A stretch of 64,000 nt of DNA, from the NCBI GenBank assembly GCA_049977145.1, contig JBMFGW010000002.1, forward strand, positions 7,451-71,450, written 5' to 3'. The notes under the pieces are model-generated. The model did not search any database. It had not been told where the DNA came from and saw nothing but the letters and a program-made list of their open reading frames with translations. Of this stretch, positions 1 through 8,809 are shown piece by piece. How positions within the stretch are numbered: position 1 is the first letter of the stretch; every line of letters starts with the position of its first letter. Origin of the DNA: Phycisphaerae bacterium. Its GTDB lineage: Bacteria > Planctomycetota > Phycisphaerae > WQYP01. A program made the translations under genes and the position numbers.

Positions 1-15
1 CAGAAATAGGCGGAG

Positions 16-1260
16 TTGAAAGTGAAAGCCTGTCCAACCATCCTGATTTTTGTGACTATGGCGACGGTATTGACATGGGGCGGTAACGGCAAGGGGGCAG
101 AACCGGAACCTGGATTAACTGCGGTAACTACGGCCTTACCACATTGGCGCGTGCGTCTGGCGGCCATTACCAGCAAAGGCCAGATCGCAGCAATTTCCGG
201 CGCGACGGTACAGAGTTGGCGGCAACCAGGCGACATAATAATGCAATCCGGCGGCCAAACGCTTCGTCTCGCCACCGCCCAACTATTGTCTTTACGCCGC
301 AGCGTCAAGAGCACTGCGGCGGTGGAGCCTGCTATTTCGACTTGGTGGCTGCATCTGCGTACCGGAGATGTTTTTCCTGGAAAACCCGTGGCCTCAAAAA
401 GTGGAAAGCTCACCTTTTGTTCCGCCGTGTTCGGTGGAATCCACATTCCATGGGATCAGATCGCGGCATTGTCGCGGCGACGGGCGGTTATGACGGTCAA
501 CAAGTCGATCCATGATCATCTGCGGTTTCGTAATGGCGACAGACTTAGCGGCGCCATGCTGAAGTTTTCGCGGCAAAGGGTCCAATGGAAAAGTATGTTA
601 GGCACCATCAGCATTCCACTGGCGCGAATTGCCCAAATCAAGCTGGCGCAAACGCTGCGTTTTCCCATTCCACGTGGCCCGCGTATCCGCATAACATATA
701 GGGATGGCACGGTGATAACCGCAACTAAAATGGACTGGCAGGGTACACACATTCGACTTAACCCGGTGGGGCTAGCGGCCGTAAGTTGTGGCGTCGCGGA
801 TGTAACAAAAATTGACATTCTAGGAGGGCACCTCATCTGGCTGACCACGTTGACACCACAGCAATATATACAGATACCGTATGTTGGTGATGCGTGGCCC
901 CTGGAAAAAGATAAAAATTGCATTGGTGAAACCTTGCGGGCCGATGGGCGGGTCTTTGCGCATGGTCTGGGCCTTCAGGTGGCAGCAACATTGACGTATG
1001 CGCTGGCGGGCCGTTATACGCAACTGACCTTTATACCCGCCATGGATCACACGGCGCGGCCCTGGGGTACGGCTACGGTAAGCGTGTGGGCTGATGGCAA
1101 GCGACTGTTTGTTTCCAAGCTGCTCAAACCAGGAGCGGCGCTGCATCCAGTAAGCTTGAAGGTCGCGGGCGTGCGTCTCTTGAAATTCAAGGTTGACGGC
1201 GGCACACGATTTGGCGTGCGCGGGCGTGTGGATTTGCTGGATGCGGCATTATTAAAATAA
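16..1260 (+). CDS. Secreted repeat protein with C-terminal NPCBM-like carbohydrate-binding module
   Basis: 414-aa ORF with a TTG start at 16 and an in-frame GTG at 22. It has a hydrophobic signal-like N-terminus. Four internal modules of about 70 aa each end in a similar strand (GGIHIPWDQIAAL, GTISIPLARIAQI, CGVADVTKIDIL). The C-terminal ~130 aa (HGLGLQVAATLTYALAGRYTQLTF...VWADGKRLF...LLKFKVDGG) resemble the NPCBM consensus as I remember it. Confidence 0.55.
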   Translation: MKVKACPTILIFVTMATVLTWGGNGKGAEPEPGLTAVTTALPHWRVRLAAITSKGQIAAISGATVQSWRQPGDIIMQSGGQTLRLATAQLLSLRRSVKSTAAVEPAISTWWLHLRTGDVFPGKPVASKSGKLTFCSAVFGGIHIPWDQIAALSRRRAVMTVNKSIHDHLRFRNGDRLSGAMLKFSRQRVQWKSMLGTISIPLARIAQIKLAQTLRFPIPRGPRIRITYRDGTVITATKMDWQGTHIRLNPVGLAAVSCGVADVTKIDILGGHLIWLTTLTPQQYIQIPYVGDAWPLEKDKNCIGETLRADGRVFAHGLGLQVAATLTYALAGRYTQLTFIPAMDHTARPWGTATVSVWADGKRLFVSKLLKPGAALHPVSLKVAGVRLLKFKVDGGTRFGVRGRVDLLDAALLK

Positions 1261-1279
1261 TACCAGGCCTTGGTCCGGA

Positions 1280-2086
1280 ATGGATAATAGGAACGTAAGT
1301 GCTATGGATAAATCTCCAACTTTGTATGAAGCACGCTGCGTGTGCGGTCATTCGCTGGAAATACCAGCCCAGCGCCTGGGCCGCCATGTGATTTGTCCAA
1401 TGTGTAACCGCACCCTGATACCCCTTGCGGCGGTGCCGATTGCGGATGTTCCGATTCATACCACACTGCCCCCCGCCAGTGCCCTGCGACCGTGCCCGGC
1501 GTGTGGCGAAATGATTCTCAAAGCAGCCCATAAATGCCGCTATTGCGGTGAATTTGTTGATGCTCCCGGCACGACAACGGCCGCCGCCACGTCGGCCACC
1601 TCGGAGCCTACCATGACCGATCCGGTATTTGATGTAGCGGTATCGCAATGGGATAACTTTTGGCGTTATCTGACCGGCCTGGTAATCCTTGTGATCGCGG
1701 CGGGCGCCTATAAATTGCCGCCGCTGCAACCTTATGCGGGAATGATTTTTGCGGTGGTACTAACCGTGGATGTATTTGCGGCATTTCTCATTTATTTTGG
1801 TTCCCGCAATCATCGTTGCCTTATTGACGCGGATCGGGTGGAAACCCAAAGTGGTATATTCACGAAGCATATCGACTGGATATCCCTCAGCAGCGTTCTG
1901 GATATACAACTGCGGCAGGGCGTTTTGCAGCGTATGCTAGGCATCGGAACCATTGAAATACGCAGCAATGACCAGATGACACCCTTGCTGGAAATTCATC
2001 AGATTCCACAGGCCCAAAAGGTCTTTGAATATCTGCAGCGGCAGATCAGCCGCCGACACCAACAGGGTGTTGCCCGGCTAATCTGA
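1280..2086 (+). CDS. Double zinc-ribbon membrane protein with C-terminal bacterial PH (bPH_2 / YdbT-like, DUF304) domain
   Basis: 268-aa ORF with two CxxC...CxxC ribbons (CVCGHS...CPMCN; CPACGE...CRYCGE). Two hydrophobic helices follow (LTGLVILVIAAGAY; AGMIFAVVLTVDVFAAFLIYF). The tail (IDWISLSSVLDIQLRQGVLQRMLGIGTIEIRSND) is typical of membrane-flanked PH domains. Confidence 0.6.
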   Translation: MDNRNVSAMDKSPTLYEARCVCGHSLEIPAQRLGRHVICPMCNRTLIPLAAVPIADVPIHTTLPPASALRPCPACGEMILKAAHKCRYCGEFVDAPGTTTAAATSATSEPTMTDPVFDVAVSQWDNFWRYLTGLVILVIAAGAYKLPPLQPYAGMIFAVVLTVDVFAAFLIYFGSRNHRCLIDADRVETQSGIFTKHIDWISLSSVLDIQLRQGVLQRMLGIGTIEIRSNDQMTPLLEIHQIPQAQKVFEYLQRQISRRHQQGVARLI

Positions 2087-2150
2087 TATTATTTTTTTGC
2101 GCTGCGGTTATAATGCGTGAGTGATTCAAGCACTACAGGAGATATAATAC

Positions 2151-2660
2151 ATGGTTGAAAGTAACGATTATGATTTGAAACCGGAGCCAAAACCCGCCGC
2201 ACCGGGCGCAGTACCGAAAGAACCCGCCGCACCGGCAGCGCCGCCGCCAGCGGTATTAACAAAAACCAGGCAGGCGCAGGAAGCCTCAGCGGAAGATACC
2301 GCTGACATTCGGCAAAACAAAGGAATGGCCTTGCTGGCTTATCTGGGCATACTGGTGGTCATTCCCATGGTTTTCGGGCAGCATTCCAAATTTGTTCGCC
2401 ATCATCTTAATCAGGGGTTGCTGCTTTTTGTGCTGGAAGCGGTCGCGTGGGTCGGATGCAAAGTTATTATGTTGCTGGGTTATCCGCTTTTGCATTTGCA
2501 CGCGATGGTATATCTGACCTCTTTGATCGGCGGTTTGATATGGCTGGCATTTGGATTGCTTTCACTATTGGGATTATTGCATGTCGCCGGTGGAAGTTTT
2601 GCCAATCTTCCGGTGATCGGTGAATATGAAGTCATTAACCTCCAGGGCAGTGAAGATTGA
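2151..2660 (+). CDS. Multi-pass membrane protein, DUF4870-like, with Pro/Ala-rich N-terminus
   Basis: 169-aa ORF. The segment MALLAYLGILVVIPMVFG...HHLNQGLLLFVLE resembles the DUF4870 signature, and there are 3-4 predicted TM helices. It lies 64 nt after the upstream gene, and its TGA overlaps the next gene's ATG. Confidence 0.5.
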   Translation: MVESNDYDLKPEPKPAAPGAVPKEPAAPAAPPPAVLTKTRQAQEASAEDTADIRQNKGMALLAYLGILVVIPMVFGQHSKFVRHHLNQGLLLFVLEAVAWVGCKVIMLLGYPLLHLHAMVYLTSLIGGLIWLAFGLLSLLGLLHVAGGSFANLPVIGEYEVINLQGSED

Positions 2661-3682
2661 TGGCTATCCAACGCTGGTTTGACGCCCATCTGGACTTAGC
2701 CTACCTGGCGGAAACGGGCCGGGACATGCTCGCCGATCCACCGACAGCGTGCGATCAGCCCGGTGCGGTGACGCTTAAATCCCTGGCGGAAAGTACTGTG
2801 CGCGGCGCGGTGGCGACTATTTTTGTGCAGCCACGCCGGGCGGATGCTTCCGGTCATGCGGCCGATGGCCCATGGTGCTACAGCACCGTCGAAGAGGCGC
2901 ATGAAAGATCCCGGCGACAAATTCAACACTATCACCAATGGGAGGCCGACGGACTTCTGACCATTGCGGACGGTTCCCCAAAGATATCGGCGTCCACTTT
3001 GGAGGTGTGGCTGCTGCTGGAAGGGGCAGCGGGGATCCGGACGGTGGAAGATTTGGCTGTATTCCATAATATGGGAATACGCATTTTGGCACTGACATGG
3101 GTTAGTGGAACCCAGTGGGCGGGCGGAGATCAATCCGGCGGTGATGTCACGCCGGAAGGGCGGGAATTACTAACAGAGGCGGATAGATTGGGGATGGTAC
3201 ATGATGTTTCCCATCTCTCGGAGCGGGCGTTCTGGACTGTTCTGGATACCACGCGCCGCCCCAAAATTGCCTCCCACAGCAATTGTCGTAGTTTGCTGCC
3301 GGGAAAACAACACCCCGAGCGACACTTATCCGATGCGCAGATTCAAGCACTGGCCAACGCCAATGGGATTATCGGCATCAATTTGTTTTCCAGTTTTCTG
3401 GTGACCACCGGCCAGGCGACCATCCAAGATGTGGTGCGGCACATTAAGCATATCACCGATTTAACCGGGCGGATTGATGTGGTCGGTCTAGGCTCGGATA
3501 TGGACGGAGGATTCTCCGCTCTGGATCTGCCCGCCGGTATTCGCAGCCCCGGCGATCTGGGAACGCTTGGCGAAGCCTTGGCTGCATCCGGCTTTACCGA
3601 TACTCAAATTGAACAGTTCGCATGGTCCAATTGGCGGGATTTTTTTCAGCGGTGCCTGCCGGATCCAGCAACAGTTCCTTGA
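2660..3682 (+). CDS. Membrane dipeptidase, peptidase family M19
   Basis: The N-terminal DAHLDLAY metal-ligand motif, HDVSHLSERAFW, ASHSNCRSL and GLGSDMDGG are typical of renal-dipeptidase-type M19 enzymes. The ATG at 2660 overlaps the upstream stop (TGATG); the ORF track begins 3 nt earlier at a TTG. Confidence 0.8.
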   Translation: MAIQRWFDAHLDLAYLAETGRDMLADPPTACDQPGAVTLKSLAESTVRGAVATIFVQPRRADASGHAADGPWCYSTVEEAHERSRRQIQHYHQWEADGLLTIADGSPKISASTLEVWLLLEGAAGIRTVEDLAVFHNMGIRILALTWVSGTQWAGGDQSGGDVTPEGRELLTEADRLGMVHDVSHLSERAFWTVLDTTRRPKIASHSNCRSLLPGKQHPERHLSDAQIQALANANGIIGINLFSSFLVTTGQATIQDVVRHIKHITDLTGRIDVVGLGSDMDGGFSALDLPAGIRSPGDLGTLGEALAASGFTDTQIEQFAWSNWRDFFQRCLPDPATVP

Positions 3683-3693
3683 TAGTACCGGTA

Positions 3694-4425
3694 CTATGTT
3701 CTCCGTAAACGCTCCATTTCCAGCATCCAACGTTTGGCGGCCACCGCCCCATATCCGGAAAATCCCGTCATAGCGCCATCGGATCCGATCACACGATGGC
3801 AGGGAATAATTACCGGCCACGGATTGCGTGCCAGTGCTCCGCCGACGGCACGAGCCGCACGCGGCCGCCCGATCCGCCGCGCCAGTTCACCGTAGGAAAT
3901 CGTAGTTCCTGTTTTAATTTTAAATGTTGCGACCAGCACTTTTCGCCCAAATTCGGTCTGGCCGTCCCAGTGTAGATGTGCCACCAGCCAAGGCCATGGC
4001 AAGGGCACCCAAGCTGCGGGTTTTATGGCGTCGGAATAATAGGCGATGAGAAAACGCTGTAAGGGACCAAGCCATATCGGCAACGCCTTAGCAAACATCT
4101 TGGCCGTCGGATATTCATCGCGAATAATACGCCCCAGCAACCGGCGATTGCGGCAGGCGGGATAAAACCGAAGCAGACGCTGCGGATACCGCGCTGTATT
4201 TGTCCATACCAATCCGCAAAGGCCGCTGGCTGTGGCTATATAGCCACAGTGAAAATCGCAATAGCTTGTGCGCAAGCGTTCCTCAATATTCCAATCGGCA
4301 TTCGGTTCGGTCGACGCCCGGCGCATCCGCAGAACTGCGTGGCCGTGGCGGGGCGGCATCTTGATGTCTCCGGATGCCGTCCGCAAATTCAATAGCCCTT
4401 CTTTTTTTGGTAACCGTTCACGCAT
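3694..4425 (-). CDS. ogt: Methylated-DNA--protein-cysteine methyltransferase
   Basis: Contains the active-site PCHRVIGSDG motif and the upstream helix-turn-helix TISYGELARRIGRPRAARAVGGALARNP. The N-terminus is long for the family, so the true start may be an internal Met (M23 or M34). Confidence 0.8.
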   Translation of the reverse strand: MRERLPKKEGLLNLRTASGDIKMPPRHGHAVLRMRRASTEPNADWNIEERLRTSYCDFHCGYIATASGLCGLVWTNTARYPQRLLRFYPACRNRRLLGRIIRDEYPTAKMFAKALPIWLGPLQRFLIAYYSDAIKPAAWVPLPWPWLVAHLHWDGQTEFGRKVLVATFKIKTGTTISYGELARRIGRPRAARAVGGALARNPWPVIIPCHRVIGSDGAMTGFSGYGAVAAKRWMLEMERLRRT

Positions 4426-4568
4426 ATCGGTTAGTCACGCCCGAAACCACGGTCGCCGATTTCCGCCCGCAACGGCGGGCAAGGTCACTATTGCCCGGCA
4501 ATATTCCGCCAGGAGCTTAAAGCTATGGTCTTTTTCCGCACAGCCGTAAACGATTACCTGTTGAGGCC

Positions 4569-7500
4569 TCAAGGCTCCACGGTAGCGTGCGATTCCTGGG
4601 CCGGCGGTGTAATTTTTTCCTTCCGACTGGCGAAGAAAGTGTAAACCACCGGGATTACATAAAGCGAGAATACGCAACCGATAGACAAACCCGCCGCGAT
4701 CATCAAGCCCATATCTTTGCGACTTACGGCACCGGCCCCGCTGGCCACCAGCAGCGGTACCACACCGAGCACCATCGCGCCGGTGGTCATGAGAATGGGC
4801 CGCAGACGCACCGCGGAGGCGTGGATAATTGCTTCGTAGATATTCATGCCTTCGTTTTCCTGGAGTTTATTGGCGAATTCAACAATTAGAATACCCTGCT
4901 TGGTAATCAGACCAATCAATGTGATCAGGCCGACTTCAGTGTAAATATTCAATGTGGCGACCCCCATGAACATGAACAAGGCCGCGCCAAAAATAGACAT
5001 CGGCACGGTGAACATTACAATCAGCGGGTCGCGGAAACTCTCAAATTGAGCGGCCATGAACAAGAAAATAAGGATAATCGCCAAGGCAAACGTGATATAA
5101 ATGGCGTTGCCCTGCTCCTCAAACTGCCGTGATTCCGCGGCATAATGAAACGCATAACCTGTTGGCAGCAGGTGTTTGGCCTCGGTGTGCAGATACGCCA
5201 GGGCGGTCCCCATGGTGGTACCGGGAGCCGGAACCGCGGAAATGGTAACGGAATTCTGTTGCTGGAACTGCGGAAGAAATTCCGGCTGCACCACATGTTT
5301 GATGGCCACTACCGTGGACAGCGGAATCATGCTGCCCGCGGCGGTACGAATATAAATGCGTTTCAGCATGCTGGCGGTGGATCGCAGATGATCCGCCAAC
5401 TGCGGAATAACCTTGTAGGTGCGGCCTTCGAGGTCAAAACGATTGACATAGTTGCCGCCCAGAAGCGGTTCCAGATCGTTAGCCAGGTCGCTGCCATTAA
5501 GCCCGAGTGCCGCGACAAGATTATGTTTAATCCGTAACGCCACCTGCGGGGCATCCACGCGCAGGTCCTTTTGCAGGACCAAAAACTTGCCGCTTTTTTG
5601 CGCCGCAATAATGAGTTTTTTTGCGGCGGTGTCCAAATATTCATAGCCCTTGGTGGAGGTGATAACGAATTGGATGGGCAATCCGAAAGCGGCGCCGGGA
5701 ATCGCCGGCAACGAAAATCCAATGGTCTGCAGTCCGGCAATTTTAGAAAGTTTTTGCTGGAAGGGCTGGGCCAACTGCATTTGGGTTTTCTTCCGCTGAT
5801 TCCACGGCTTAAGCATCATGCCGCCAACGAGGGTGTTGTAACCCGGTCCCAAAGGCGAGAATCCATTGATTTGAAACACTTTTTGGGTTTCCGGGAAACT
5901 TTGACAAATCTGGCGGATTTGGGTGGCATAGGCGGTCATGTAATGCAGTGTCGCCGTGGGCGGGCCAATGCCGGTGAAGAACAGGATTCCTTGATCTTCG
6001 GTCGGGGCCAATTCGCTGCGTGTTTCGATGAGCATAAACGGAATGGCGACAAACAGCACCAAGGCCATAATAAGCACCAACCACCGAAAGGCCAGAACCG
6101 TGTGCAGGGATCGTTCGTAGCCATCGCGCAATTTCGTAAACAGCATGTCCAGAAAATGCACCAGCCCATGCTCGGATGCGGGTTTGAGAAATTTGCTGCT
6201 TAACATAGGCGAAAGCGTCAGGGCCACAATCATAGAGATAATGACGGTGAAGACCAGCGTGAAAGCGAACTCTGTAAACAGGCTGCCGGTCAGCCCGCCC
6301 ATAAAGCCGATCGGTGCATATACCGCAGCCAGCGTGGTGGACATCACGATGATCGGGCTGGCCAGTTCGCGTGCGCCTTTGAACGCCGCCTGCAAGGGCG
6401 TAAGCCCCTCATCAATATGCCGATGTATATTTTCCACCATGATGATGGCGTCGTCGACCACCAGACCGATTGCCAGAATGACCGCCAGCAAGGTCAGCAG
6501 GTTAATGGTAAATCCGAAGGCGATCATAAACAGACCGGCGCCAATCGTGGAAAGTGGAATAGCCACCGCCGGTATTAACAGCGAGCGGAAGGAACCCAAA
6601 AACAAAAATATGACCACGATAACAATGCCCAGTGTGATCAATACGGTATGCTCCACCTCGGCGATGGCCGCCTTGATGTAGACACTTCCATCATAACCGA
6701 TCGTGGCGTGCAGCCCCGGCGGTAGATCGGATTTAATCTGCGCCAGCGCCAGATGCACTTCATGCGCCAGCGTCAGGTCATTGGCCGTGGGACTGGGAAA
6801 AATCCCAATAAATACCGCCGGCGCTCCATTGAGCAATACGCTCTGATTGTAGTTTTGCGCCCCCATTTCGACGCGGGCCACATCACTAAGTCGAATCGGC
6901 ACACCATTGACATATTTGATGACCAGATTTTTGAAATCCGCCAGATTGTTAATGGACGTATCGGCCGTAATTACCTGCGCAATATTTTTACCACGAATTC
7001 TTCCGATCGCGGACACGAAATTATTGTTAGCCAAAGCGGCGGAGACATCCGCCGGTGTCAGGTTCAAAGCCGCCAGCTTGGATGGTATCAGCCATGCGCG
7101 CAGGGCGAAGCTGTTGCCGCTGGAGCCAGTACCGGAAGGCAGAATCTGCGCCTGGCTGACTCCGGGCAGGGATTGCATCTTGGGTTGCACCACCCGCAGC
7201 AGATAATCGTTGATTTCCTGCTGATTCATGGTTTTACTGGAAAAGGCGAGATAAAGTAACGCTCTGGCATCCCCGACTTCCTCGTTAATCACCGGGGTTT
7301 GGCTGGCCGGTGGCAACTGGCTGGCCACTTGCTGTACTTTGGCCAATATCTGGGACACAGCGGCATTCGGATCGGAATTCAGGACCATATAACAGGTAAT
7401 CGCCGACGTACTTTCCGAACTTGTAGCCGACATGTAATCAATATTCGGAGCCTGCGCTATGGCCTGTTCCAGCCGTGAGGTGATATACGCCTGCACTTCG

Positions 7501-7670
7501 GCGGGATCCGCACCGGGATAAGCGGTAGTGACCGTTACAATAGTGCTGGTAATCGTAGGATATTCCTGCGTAGTCATGCTCAACCACGCGCGCAACCCCA
7601 GCACCAGAATCACCAGATTGATCGCGCTGGCCAATACCCAACGCTTGATAAATAAGTCTGTGAATTTCAT
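4569..7670 (-). CDS. RND family multidrug/efflux permease (AcrB/MdtB-like)
   Basis: 1033 aa with a 12-TM, two-large-loop architecture. The N-terminus MKFTDLFIKRWVLA and motifs such as GLVVDDAIIMVENI and LRPILMTT are characteristic of HAE1 RND pumps. Confidence 0.95.
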   Translation of the reverse strand: MKFTDLFIKRWVLASAINLVILVLGLRAWLSMTTQEYPTITSTIVTVTTAYPGADPAEVQAYITSRLEQAIAQAPNIDYMSATSSESTSAITCYMVLNSDPNAAVSQILAKVQQVASQLPPASQTPVINEEVGDARALLYLAFSSKTMNQQEINDYLLRVVQPKMQSLPGVSQAQILPSGTGSSGNSFALRAWLIPSKLAALNLTPADVSAALANNNFVSAIGRIRGKNIAQVITADTSINNLADFKNLVIKYVNGVPIRLSDVARVEMGAQNYNQSVLLNGAPAVFIGIFPSPTANDLTLAHEVHLALAQIKSDLPPGLHATIGYDGSVYIKAAIAEVEHTVLITLGIVIVVIFLFLGSFRSLLIPAVAIPLSTIGAGLFMIAFGFTINLLTLLAVILAIGLVVDDAIIMVENIHRHIDEGLTPLQAAFKGARELASPIIVMSTTLAAVYAPIGFMGGLTGSLFTEFAFTLVFTVIISMIVALTLSPMLSSKFLKPASEHGLVHFLDMLFTKLRDGYERSLHTVLAFRWLVLIMALVLFVAIPFMLIETRSELAPTEDQGILFFTGIGPPTATLHYMTAYATQIRQICQSFPETQKVFQINGFSPLGPGYNTLVGGMMLKPWNQRKKTQMQLAQPFQQKLSKIAGLQTIGFSLPAIPGAAFGLPIQFVITSTKGYEYLDTAAKKLIIAAQKSGKFLVLQKDLRVDAPQVALRIKHNLVAALGLNGSDLANDLEPLLGGNYVNRFDLEGRTYKVIPQLADHLRSTASMLKRIYIRTAAGSMIPLSTVVAIKHVVQPEFLPQFQQQNSVTISAVPAPGTTMGTALAYLHTEAKHLLPTGYAFHYAAESRQFEEQGNAIYITFALAIILIFLFMAAQFESFRDPLIVMFTVPMSIFGAALFMFMGVATLNIYTEVGLITLIGLITKQGILIVEFANKLQENEGMNIYEAIIHASAVRLRPILMTTGAMVLGVVPLLVASGAGAVSRKDMGLMIAAGLSIGCVFSLYVIPVVYTFFASRKEKITPPAQESHATVEP

Positions 7671-7688
7671 TAACGCTTAAACCTTGCC

Positions 7689-8789
7689 TTACGGTTTTAT
7701 CTTGTTGCTAACCACGACCACCGCGCCGGGCCGTAATTTCACCTGCCCCGCCGTCACTACCACCTCTCCGGCTTTCAATCCGGATCTGACCACCATGTCA
7801 TTGCCAATCTGATCGCCAGTCGTCACCATCGCGGTGCCGACCGTCAGTTCTGATTTTCCGGCTTTGACTGTTTTTTTGACCAGATAGACATAATCGCCGT
7901 AGGTGTTGTACGTAATAGCCTCGGCATCCACCGCCAATTCCTTCCTGGCCACGCCGGTGAGTAGATCAACTTCGCCGAATAATCCCGGCTTGAGCAGGAG
8001 CCGCTTGTTTGGCAGTACCGCCTGTACTTGGATATTCCGGGAGCCGACATCCACTTGCGACGAGAGCGCCTCCACTTTTCCAGTAAATATCTGCCCCGGA
8101 TAAGCATCGACCGTTAATTTAACGGTCTGGCCAGTTTTTACATCGGAGAGATAATTCTGCGGAATAGAGAAATCCAGGTAAAGCGGTTGCCAGGTATTAA
8201 GCGTAACAATCGGCGTACCGGGAGAAACATATTGCCCCAGGCTCACCTGCCGCAGCCCCAGATAACCGGTAAACGGTGCGGTAATCGCCAGTTTAGCCAG
8301 GGTCGCACGATCACCCGATACCTGCGCCTTGGTTTGTAAAAGCGCCGCCCGATTGGCATCCAAGGTCGCCTGAGCCGCGGCGCGATGTTTGATAAGATTC
8401 TCCGTCCGCAGCAGATTGGTTTTCGCCAGGAACTCGGCAGCCAGGTCGGCCTTCAGTTGTGCCAACTGCGTGGTATTATCAATCTGCACCAGCTTTTGGC
8501 CGGATTTGATCATTTGCCCGGAATGAAAATAAATGGCGGTGACATTACCCGATATTTGCGCTGAGACCTGCACTCCTTGAACCGCCGTCAAGCTGCCGAC
8601 CACGTGAATGGACTCTGGCACCACCATGGACCGCACGTGGCCAGTGGAGACGGTGATCGGCGGGATAGGCATGTGGGCAATGGCATAGGCGATTTTTTTA
8701 TTGATCGTGAGCTTGAAGTAAAACAAACCTCCAATCACCGCCAGAAAAATCACCAGCAGAATGACAGAAATAATAATACGTTTCGCCAT
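7689..8789 (-). CDS. RND efflux periplasmic adaptor (membrane fusion protein, HlyD family)
   Basis: It has a signal-anchor MAKRIIISVILLVIFLAVIGG, a coiled-coil hairpin and a beta-barrel tail, and sits directly upstream of the RND pump. I prefer Met-42 of the track ORF (ATG at 8789) because the longer form overlaps the OMF gene by about 100 nt. Confidence 0.9.
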   Translation of the reverse strand: MAKRIIISVILLVIFLAVIGGLFYFKLTINKKIAYAIAHMPIPPITVSTGHVRSMVVPESIHVVGSLTAVQGVQVSAQISGNVTAIYFHSGQMIKSGQKLVQIDNTTQLAQLKADLAAEFLAKTNLLRTENLIKHRAAAQATLDANRAALLQTKAQVSGDRATLAKLAITAPFTGYLGLRQVSLGQYVSPGTPIVTLNTWQPLYLDFSIPQNYLSDVKTGQTVKLTVDAYPGQIFTGKVEALSSQVDVGSRNIQVQAVLPNKRLLLKPGLFGEVDLLTGVARKELAVDAEAITYNTYGDYVYLVKKTVKAGKSELTVGTAMVTTGDQIGNDMVVRSGLKAGEVVVTAGQVKLRPGAVVVVSNKIKP

Positions 8790-8809
8790 AATCTTTGCGG
8801 ACCTCACGC

